Positions 48,687 to 56,900 of a stretch of DNA of 64,000 nt are shown here, one piece after another (positions within the stretch are counted from its first letter, which is position 1; every line of letters starts with the position of its first letter). Below the pieces are notes generated by a model that was given only the letters and a program-made list of their open reading frames with translations, searched no databases and had not been told where the DNA came from. The position numbers and the translations under genes were made by a program. Source of the DNA: Actinoallomurus iriomotensis (lineage in GTDB: Bacteria; Actinomycetota; Actinomycetes; Streptosporangiales; Streptosporangiaceae); the NCBI RefSeq assembly GCF_030269445.1, contig NZ_BSTJ01000015.1, positions 132,649 through 196,648 of the forward strand, in the 5' to 3' direction.

Positions 48687-51600
48687 CAGATGATTGGAAT
48701 GTCCACATAAATGGCGGAAGTAATGCTCGCTTCGGTCAGGCCCTCAGCCGTCTCGAGCGCCGCGGCGGCGACCTCGGTATAGGGGTGTTCGTCCCCCAGA
48801 TAGTCGAGCAGGTCCGCGGCGGTCGCCTCGTGCAGTCGCAGCGCCTCGTCGGCCCGGCCGAGACCCGTCAGCGCCCGTGCCTCGTGCAGCGCGGCCACCA
48901 TCGCCCACGGATGCTGCTCGCCGAGCGCGGCGACGAGCCGCTGTCTCGCCTCCCGCACCGTCGCGAGGGTGTTCTCGGGCGCCTCCATCGTGCCCTCGAA
49001 CAGGCCGAGGTCGAGCCGGCACAGCTGGACGAAGGGATGGCCGGGGCCGTACACGCCGACGAGGTCGTCGAGGAGCCGCCGGCCCAGCCGCGAGGCCCCC
49101 AGGTGATCGCCGGCCTCGTCGAGCTCGATCGCCAGGCTCAGCTCGGCGGCCAGGGTGCTGGGATGGCCGGCGCCCAGGACCGCGCGGAACCCGCGCACGG
49201 CCCTCCGGATCTTCTCGTCCGCGGCGTCCACCCCCCGCTGCCGGTCGACGATCGCGAGGCTCCTCAGCAGGTCCATCTCGCTGAGCCGGTCGGGCGTCTT
49301 CTGGTCACGCGCCTGGCCGAGGCTCATGACGAGCAGGCGCCGCGCCTCGTCCTTGCGCCCGTTCGCGAACTTGTAATCGCCGACCCGGCGGGCGATGCGC
49401 AACGCGATCGGGTCGGTCTCCCCGAACTCGGCCACCTGCTGCCGCCACGCGCGTACGGCCGTGTCCTCGGCGAGCTGGTGCTGTCCGGTGAGGAAGGCGG
49501 CCTCGGCGAGGTTGTTACGGGCGATGGTCGTGTCGCGGTGGCCGTCGCCGAGGAGCAGGCGGGTCTCCTCGTACACGCCCTCGATCTCGCCCAGCGCCTG
49601 GCCGAACTGTCCCAGGCCGCGCCGGTCTCCGGTGCGGCCGCGGCCCGCGGTCAGTGCCCAGTAGCGGCCCGCCGCGTCCGCTCCGCGCAGGATCGTCAGC
49701 GCCTGCTCGCTCGCCCGCAGGGCGTCGTCGAACCGGCCGAGGTCACGGCGGAGGTTGGCGACCTGGACGAGCAGGCGCCCCTTGAGCAGGTCGTCCGGCC
49801 AGGCCGGCAGCAGCTCCTCGACCATCGGGAGCATGAGGCTCCAGCTCCCCCGGTCGCCGGTGACGTACTGGAATCGCACCTGCTCGACGAGCCAGCGGCG
49901 AGCGTGGGCGTCGAGGCTCTCGGCGGCCCCGGACGGGCCCAGATGCCGGTGGAGCTCGGAGAACACCTCCCCGTGGAGGCTCACCGGGCCGTCGGCCTCG
50001 ACGGGCACGATGTCCGCGAGGGCGCCGATCGTCTGCCCCTGCCGCTCGGCCGCCTGCTCCGGGGAGAGGCGGTCCCGGATGAGCTCCTGCACCCTCCGGT
50101 GCAGCAGGATCCGCGGGTCGCGGCTCCACTGGACGTCGGCCAGGCCGAAGCGCACGCAGAGCCGCAGCAGCTGGTCCAGCACCATGCTGTCGGCGGCGAC
50201 GAGCTCGCCGGCCTCCGGACCGGCCGCGACGGCGAGCCGGTCGAGGAACGGCGCCGACGCCAAGAGCCGGTGGCTCGCGCCCTCGGGCGCGAGCCAGGCG
50301 CAGAGTTCGAGCAGCCGGGCCGCGAGGCACCCGAGCGGGCCGTCCTCCATCGACTCGAACGTCACGTCCAGGCAGGCCGCGGTCGGCTCCGTCCCGGGCG
50401 TCCTCATCCGCTGGGCGACGCGTGCCTTGAACTCCGCCACCGCCCACGCCGTCGCGCCGTCGGTGTCGAGCGCCCTGATGGCCAGCAGGTAGTCGACCGC
50501 CTCGCGGATCCACGCCGCCGCCAGCCTCAGCGCGAGCGGCAGGCCCTCGACGATGCCGACGACGGTCTCGGCGTGCTCGTCCGACAGCCCGTCGATCCGC
50601 TCGCGCAGGAAACGCCGTCCCGGGCCGGTGTCGACCGGCCCGAGGCGGTCGGCGGCGTCCCCGGCCGTACGGCTGGTGATGAGCACGTGGCCGGGACCGC
50701 CGGACGGGATGAGGTCCTCCAGCGCGGCCAGGTCGTCGGCGTCGTCGTAGACGAGCAGCCAGTTGTCCTGCCCGGAGGAGCGCAGCGCGGTGACGACGGC
50801 CGCCGCGGGGTCGCCCTCCGGGGCCACCCGCAGCCGCGCGGCCAGGGCGTTCAGGTCGAGCCGTGCGAGCTCCGGCGTGCGCGCCGAGACCCACCAGATG
50901 ATCCCGTAGTCCTCGCCGAAGGCCCGGATGTAGTGCTCGACCATGGCGGTCTTGCCGATGCCCGGCGGGCCGCCGAGGACGTGCGGCTCGCAGCCGTCGA
51001 CGTCGCGCATCAGCCGGTCGCGCAGCGCGGCCAGGTCTCCGTCGCGCCCGACGAACGGGCCGTCGTCGGGCAGGACGTGGTTGGCGACCGCGCCGTCCGG
51101 GGGCGGGTCGAGCGGATACGCGGGGACGAAGCCGACGGGCGGCGAGGGCAGGCCGCCGGCGACGAGGCCGAGCCGGCCTTGTAAGAGCCGGATCGCCTCG
51201 CGTTGCTCCCGGCCGGCGAGGTTCAGCGTGAGCGGCGTGTCCGGGAGCCGCTCGGCGACGTCGTCGGACACGCAGAGCACGAGGGCGGGGTCCGTGCCGT
51301 GCCGCGCGTCGGCGAGCGCCGGCAGCAGGTGGGCCGAGGCGATCACGACGACCCGGCCCGTGACCGGCTCGCCCTCCGCGGCCAGCGTGACGTCGGCGCC
51401 GAGGCCGCGCAGCTGCGCCTGGACCCAGTCGGCCCAGCGGCGGTCGGCCCGGTCGTGGACGACCGTGAACCGCTCGGTCTCGCGGGCTTCGTCCAGGCCG
51501 ACGGCGATGCGGTAGTTCGCCCGCAGCGCGGCCGGCAGCTCGGCGTGACCGGTGACGACGCCGCCGGAGAGCCGCTCGGTCAGCCGGCCGTACGCCCGCA

Positions 51601-52369
51601 CCACCTCGCTGTCCGGCTCCTCCGCCAGGGTCGCGAGGATGGAGCGGCCGGCCTGCCGGGACAGGAACGGGACGGTGAGGACCTCTTTGCCGGTGCCGGG
51701 CGGTGCCTCGAACAGCTGGGTGAGGAGGTCCGCGTCGACCTGGGCGATCTCCGGCCCGGTGGTGCGGGGACCGGCCCGCAGTGGCAGCAGGTCGATCCCG
51801 GCCGCGGCCTGCGCCTGGATCGCCTCGGCGAGGTTCGCCGCCTGAAGGGCGGCCAGGCGGCCCGGCCCGAAGGCCACGACGGCGACGTCGCTGCCCCGGG
51901 CGATGACGTCGATGATGTCGGCGTTCGGCTCGGTGGGCGCGTCGACGAGGATGTAGCCGTAGGGCAGGTCCTCCATCGCGTCGCGCAGCCGCTGGACGAT
52001 GACGTCGATCGGTTCCGCCCAGGGCAGCCCCGGCAGCGACTCACCTCGCCCGGGGCCGAGGGGCGTGACCAGGTCGACCGGGCCGGCGTCTCCGGGAGGC
52101 TGGAACCGTTCGGGCCGCCACGTGCCGGGGTCCTGTCCGGTCAGCCGGTCGAGGAGCGCGCCGAGCGCGGCGACCTCGGGCGGCTCACCGACGCTGAAGG
52201 GCTTGAAGTAGCCGCGATCGGTGGGGCGCTCGCCGCTCCAGTCGACGACGAGGACGCGCTCACGCGCTCCGGCCAGGATCATGGCGGTGTTCGCGACGGC
52301 CGCGGTGCGGCCGAGCCCCCGCGCCGCCGAGGTGAACGTCACGCACCGGGTCGAGCGACGGCCGGTCAC
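48686..52369 (-). CDS. STAND NTPase: degenerate ParA/MinD-like N-domain, TIR-like domain, NB-ARC, C-terminal TPR array (1227 aa)
   Basis: Deviant P-loop FTSAARGLGRT. TIR-like ERFTVVHDRADRRWADWVQAQLRGLGADVTLAAEG...VVVIASAHLL. NB-ARC: GGPPGIGKT, LLVYDDADD, HVLITSR, GLPLAL. More than 10 TPR-like repeats. GTG start overlapping the upstream small ORF (GTGA). Confidence 0.85.
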   Translation of the reverse strand: MTGRRSTRCVTFTSAARGLGRTAAVANTAMILAGARERVLVVDWSGERPTDRGYFKPFSVGEPPEVAALGALLDRLTGQDPGTWRPERFQPPGDAGPVDLVTPLGPGRGESLPGLPWAEPIDVIVQRLRDAMEDLPYGYILVDAPTEPNADIIDVIARGSDVAVVAFGPGRLAALQAANLAEAIQAQAAAGIDLLPLRAGPRTTGPEIAQVDADLLTQLFEAPPGTGKEVLTVPFLSRQAGRSILATLAEEPDSEVVRAYGRLTERLSGGVVTGHAELPAALRANYRIAVGLDEARETERFTVVHDRADRRWADWVQAQLRGLGADVTLAAEGEPVTGRVVVIASAHLLPALADARHGTDPALVLCVSDDVAERLPDTPLTLNLAGREQREAIRLLQGRLGLVAGGLPSPPVGFVPAYPLDPPPDGAVANHVLPDDGPFVGRDGDLAALRDRLMRDVDGCEPHVLGGPPGIGKTAMVEHYIRAFGEDYGIIWWVSARTPELARLDLNALAARLRVAPEGDPAAAVVTALRSSGQDNWLLVYDDADDLAALEDLIPSGGPGHVLITSRTAGDAADRLGPVDTGPGRRFLRERIDGLSDEHAETVVGIVEGLPLALRLAAAWIREAVDYLLAIRALDTDGATAWAVAEFKARVAQRMRTPGTEPTAACLDVTFESMEDGPLGCLAARLLELCAWLAPEGASHRLLASAPFLDRLAVAAGPEAGELVAADSMVLDQLLRLCVRFGLADVQWSRDPRILLHRRVQELIRDRLSPEQAAERQGQTIGALADIVPVEADGPVSLHGEVFSELHRHLGPSGAAESLDAHARRWLVEQVRFQYVTGDRGSWSLMLPMVEELLPAWPDDLLKGRLLVQVANLRRDLGRFDDALRASEQALTILRGADAAGRYWALTAGRGRTGDRRGLGQFGQALGEIEGVYEETRLLLGDGHRDTTIARNNLAEAAFLTGQHQLAEDTAVRAWRQQVAEFGETDPIALRIARRVGDYKFANGRKDEARRLLVMSLGQARDQKTPDRLSEMDLLRSLAIVDRQRGVDAADEKIRRAVRGFRAVLGAGHPSTLAAELSLAIELDEAGDHLGASRLGRRLLDDLVGVYGPGHPFVQLCRLDLGLFEGTMEAPENTLATVREARQRLVAALGEQHPWAMVAALHEARALTGLGRADEALRLHEATAADLLDYLGDEHPYTEVAAAALETAEGLTEASITSAIYVDIPII

Positions 52370-52584
52370 GCCGTGCCGCCTGCCCTCGTGCCGCGCTCCG
52401 TCCGGCGCGAGCCTTCGAGGACCGTGTCATTGATGAAACTGGCGTATCCCGGCGTGCCCTCGTCGCCCTCGCGGCGTCTCCGGGTCAGCGCCCAGCCCAT
52501 GACCGACTCGTCCTGTTGTAGGTCCGGAGCCTCCAGATCGACCCCCGAGAGGTCCACCAGAGCCGGCTGCCCGTTTCCCCGCAT
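52366..52584 (-). CDS. Candidate small peptide (72 aa); possible RiPP precursor of the adjacent rSAM/SPASM enzyme
   Basis: GGTGGAGG RBS. Acidic, Leu-rich leader-like N-terminus ALVDLSGVDLEAPDLQQDESV. GYASFINDT aromatic-x-Asn motif. In-frame TAG 10 codons upstream of the ATG. Sits between the STAND gene and the divergent rSAM gene. Confidence 0.35.
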   Translation of the reverse strand: MRGNGQPALVDLSGVDLEAPDLQQDESVMGWALTRRRREGDEGTPGYASFINDTVLEGSRRTERGTRAGGTA

Positions 52585-52615
52585 GCCTCCACCGCCCGCG
52601 CCCAGAACCGACTTC

Positions 52616-52666
52616 TATAATAGACACCGCTTTTTACATGGTCCCCCACTAAAGTGGTTTGTAAAG
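52616..52666. promoter_or_regulatory. Divergent promoter with consensus -10 TATAAT and nested inverted repeats TTTACA..CCACT-aa-AGTGG..TGTAAA
   Basis: acttcTATAATagacaccgcttTTTACAtggtcccCCACTaaAGTGGttTGTAAAg. This AT-rich island lies between the peptide/STAND operon and the rSAM gene. Confidence 0.4.
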
Positions 52667-52714
52667 CGTCACTCGACACTATCGACCCCCTAGACCCGGC
52701 GTAGGCTCCGGTTC

Positions 52715-53905
52715 ATGATCAACGGACTTATTGGCCGCAATCGGCCGATCAAGAAGCCGACCCCCTTCCGTCAGTTCATTCTCAAGGTGCACAGTCGGTG
52801 CAATCTCGCCTGCACCTACTGCTATCTGTACACGATGGCCGATCAGCGCTGGCGGCATCGGCCACCCGTCATGTCCGCCCGAATCGCGGACTTAGCCGCG
52901 GCCCGGATCGCCGAGCACGTGCGGTCGCACGACCTGACCGACATCGCGGTCGTCCTGCACGGCGGAGAACCGCTCCTGGCCGGCCCCGATCGGCTTCGCC
53001 ACGTCGTGACGGCCGTGCGCGGCGCGGTGGGCGACGCCGCGACGGTCGACTTCTCCCTCCAGAGCAACGGGACCCTGCTCGACCGCCGCTTCCTGACCCT
53101 GTTCGACGAGCTGGGGATCCGCGTCGGAGTCAGCCTGGACGGCGACGCGGCCGCCCACGACCGCGCCCGGCGCAGGCCGCGAGGCGGCAGTCACGCCCAG
53201 GTCACGCGAGGGCTGGACGCGCTGACGGGCCCGGAGTTCGGTCACCTGTTCTCCGGGCTGCTGTGCGTCATCGACCTGGCCAACGACCCGATCGCGACCT
53301 ACGAGGCGCTGCTGGCCTTCTCGCCGCCCGCGATCGACCTGCTGCTGCCGCACGCCAACTGGAGCAACCCGCCGGCCGGACCGGCGGGCGCGTACGCGGC
53401 CTGGCTGATCCCCATCTTCGACCGCTGGTTCCACGCACCGGTGCGCGAGACGCGGATCCGGCTGTTCGAGGAGATCATCAATGTGCTTCTCGGCGGCGCG
53501 TCGGCCGTCGAGGGGATCGGGACGAGCCCCGCCGCGATGATCGTCGTGGAGACCGACGGGCAGATCGAGCAGTCGGATATCCTCGCCGCGGCTTTCGACG
53601 GCGCCGCGTACCTCGGCCTGGACGTCGGCGATGACGATTTCGATGCCGCGCTCCGACATCCTGCCACCATCGCCCGCCAATTAGGCATGACCGGAATACC
53701 CGGGGAGTGCCGCGAGTGCCGCTGGGCGGCCGTATGCGCGGGCGGACATTATTCCCATCGTTATCAGGACCAAAAAGGGTTCGACCATCGTTCGGTTTAC
53801 TGTGCCGACCTTTTCGCGTTGTTCGACCACATCCGTACGGCACTGGTCGCCGCACTCGCGGCGCGCGCCGCCGCCTCCCCTCCGGCGCTGACCGTCATCC
53901 CGTAG
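52715..53905 (+). CDS. Radical SAM / SPASM-domain enzyme (FxsB-like peptide maturase)
   Basis: CNLACTYCY (CxxxCxxC) and a C-terminal SPASM Cys cluster (GECRECRWAAVCAGGHY...VYCAD). 396 aa. Confidence 0.85.
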   Translation: MINGLIGRNRPIKKPTPFRQFILKVHSRCNLACTYCYLYTMADQRWRHRPPVMSARIADLAAARIAEHVRSHDLTDIAVVLHGGEPLLAGPDRLRHVVTAVRGAVGDAATVDFSLQSNGTLLDRRFLTLFDELGIRVGVSLDGDAAAHDRARRRPRGGSHAQVTRGLDALTGPEFGHLFSGLLCVIDLANDPIATYEALLAFSPPAIDLLLPHANWSNPPAGPAGAYAAWLIPIFDRWFHAPVRETRIRLFEEIINVLLGGASAVEGIGTSPAAMIVVETDGQIEQSDILAAAFDGAAYLGLDVGDDDFDAALRHPATIARQLGMTGIPGECRECRWAAVCAGGHYSHRYQDQKGFDHRSVYCADLFALFDHIRTALVAALAARAAASPPALTVIP

Positions 53906-56900
53906 GCGGACGGTCGGACCGGCCGGTGCGGGCGATGGCGGTCTCCACTCCGGCGATCCGGTCGGCGAGCAGGCCGAGGGCGCCGACCGCCCGGCTCATC
54001 GGGTCGTCCTCCTCGCCGCCCAGCGCCCGGGCCCGTACGAACGCCGCCTTCACCTCCGCCCAGCGCTCGCTCTGCTCGGCGGTCAGCGTGCCGCGCAGCT
54101 CGCCGAGTTTCAGCAGGTTCGCCTCGGCTCCGGAGGCCAGCGTCTGCGCCTCGCCGAGGTAGTGGTCGTCGACGACCGCCTCCAGCTCCGCGTCGTTCAT
54201 CGCCGGCACGATGCGTTCGGCCAGCTTGTTCATGTTCCGGTAGGAGCCCTGCAGCTGGAACGGCGGCTCGGTCCGCGACGCGTCGTTCTGCGCCGCCGAG
54301 GCGATGTAGGCCCGGTTGCACGCGAGCACCACCCGCTGCACCCTCAGCAGCTTGCGCAGCACGGCGGTGATCTGCTCGACCTCGGTCGCGGAGTACGGGT
54401 GGACGAGCCGGTCGGGCATCGCCGTGGAGTCGCCGCGCGCGAGGCGTACGAACAGCTCGACGTCGGCGCGGTCGCGGGTGGACAGCGGGGCGAGCACGGG
54501 GTTGGAGGTCAGGGCGTTCTCCACGTAGCTGAGCGCGAACAGCTCCTCGCGCCCGGACAGCACGTCGCCGAGGTTCCACACGTCGGCGCGGTTGGCCAGC
54601 ATGTCCGGGACGCGGAACCGCCGGCCCGACTCGGTGAACGGGTTGCCCGCCATGCACACCGCGAACCGCTTGCCGCGCAGGTCGTACGTGCGGGTGCGGC
54701 CCTCCCAGACGCCCTCGATGCGGCGCTGGGCGTCGCACAGCGAGATGAACCGCTGCAGCAGCTCCGGCGACGTGTGCTGGATGTCGTCGAGGTAGAGCAG
54801 CACGTTGTTGCCCATCTCCAGCGCGAAGGAGATCTTCTCGACCTCCTGGCGCGCGGTGGCGTTCGGCGCCTCGGCCGGGTCCAGCGAGGTGACCGACTGG
54901 CCGAGCGCCGGCCCGTTGATCTTGACGAACATCAGGCCGAGCCGCCCCGCGACGTACTCCATCAGCGTCGTCTTGCCGTACCCGGGCGGTGAGATGAGCA
55001 TCAGCAGGCCCATCTGGTCGGTGCGCTTGGCGTCGCCCGCCGCGCCGAGCTGCTTGGCCAGGTTGTCGCCGATCAGCGGCAGGTAGACCTCGTCCAGCAG
55101 GGCGTTGCGCACGAACCCGCTCATCACCTTCGGCCGGTACTCCTCCAACCGCAGCCGCGACCGCTCGGCCGCGACCAGCTCCCCGCGTCGCTTCTGGTAC
55201 GCCCGGTAGGCGGGCACGCGTTCGGCGCGGAACCGGCGGGTACGGGTCAGCACCTCATCGAGGCGGAGTTCCAGCCGCCGGCCGGTGACGCGCGGGTGCG
55301 TGCCGAGCAGGCCCTCGACGGTCGCGGTCAGCGGCGCGGAGGACTCATAGCGCGGCAGCGGCCCGCACAGCTCGATCGCCACCGCCTCGGCCAGATCGCC
55401 GGCGGGCGAGGCGTCCGACGCCACGTACGCGCTCAGCCAGGCCTCGACGAGCTGCCGCCGTGCCGCCAGGTCGTCGCCCAGATCGCGCAGGTCGGCCTCG
55501 AACCCCGGATCGCCGCCGAGCGCCCGCCGGAACCCGTCCAGGAGGGCGCGGGCGCCCGCGCCGGTGACGAAGCCCTCCGGCGCGGCGGCCAGCTCCTCGA
55601 ACAGGTACTCCCCCGCGAGGTCGTGCGGCCCGGCGTCGAGGGCGGAGGCCGCGATGGCCGCGGTCAGTTCGGCGCGCAGCCCCGCGACCGCCGCCGCGTC
55701 GCCGAACGCGGCACGCGCGCGGGCGAGGGACCGGGCCCGCGCGGCCCAGGACGTACGGTCCTCCTTCGCGGCGCCGTGCGCCCAGAACAGCTGGGCGGCC
55801 GCACGCGCGGCCGGTGGGTAGCGCAGCAGCCCGGCGTCGTCGTGCAGCCGCAGCAGCGCCGCCACGATCAGAGCGGCGTCGCGGTCGTGGACGCCGCGTT
55901 CGTAGCCCTCGTCGTACCGGGTCTCGGCGGCGCGCCGCACCTCGGCGAACAGGCCGTCGGCGGACTCGGCCGCGCGCCGCAGCGCGCCGAGCGAGGGGCC
56001 GGTGAGCAGGTCCGCGGCGAGGTACTCGGCGCGGTAGACCTCAGGCGTCTCGGAGACCAGCGACTGGTCCCAGTACGGCCGGGTCGCCGCGAAGTCCGGG
56101 TCGCGCACCGGCTGCCGGTAGTCGGTCGCGGTCACCGCGTACGCCAGGCCGCCCTCGTACGGCACGAGGGTCAGGTCGAGGGGCTGGGTGTTGACCGCGA
56201 ACCGGTGCCGGCCGAGGCGGATCGCCTGCCCGCCGCCCTCGTACAGGTCGACGCGGTCGCGCAGGACCCGGCCGGCGTCCTGCCGGGCGGCCTTGAGCCG
56301 TCCGGCGAGTTCCTCCGCGCGCACCGCGTCGCCGAGGTCCCGCAGTTGATCGGCGACGCCGCGGACCTTGGCCACCATCGGGTCGGCGGCGAAGTAGGTG
56401 TTGATCTCGTCGAGGGAGTCCAGTTCGGCGACGCGCCGCTGGATCCCGGTCAGGACGCGTTCGGCCGACTCGGCGAGCCGGTCCGCCCGCCGTACCTGCT
56501 CGTCGACGAGTGCCTGCTTGCGCGTGGAGAACGCCTCGTAGACCTCCTCGCGCCGGGCGGACAGCCGCGCGACGAAGTCGTCGAACTCGGCGAACCGCGA
56601 CTCCAGGTTCTCCAGCTGGAGCATCATGCGGCCGAGCTGGTCGTCGCAGTGCGCGGGAGAGTCGGCCATCGCCAGGGCCGCGGTCACGGCCTGGCCGAGC
56701 AGCGCGAACTCCGCCGCGAACGCGGCCCGGCCCTCAGCGTCGAGCAGTTCGCGGCGGCGGGCGGTCAGGCTCGCCTGAGCCTGGTTGATCTCGGCGAGCG
56801 CCTCGCCGATCCGCTCCAGGATGGAGGTGCGGACGCGGGCGTCGGCGACGTCGAGCGATCCGACGACCTCGGTGAGCGTCTCCAGGCCGTGGGTCTGCTC

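Noticed and set aside
48635-52693. 849-aa and 496-aa plus-strand ORFs
   Set aside because: Antisense shadows of the STAND NTPase gene.
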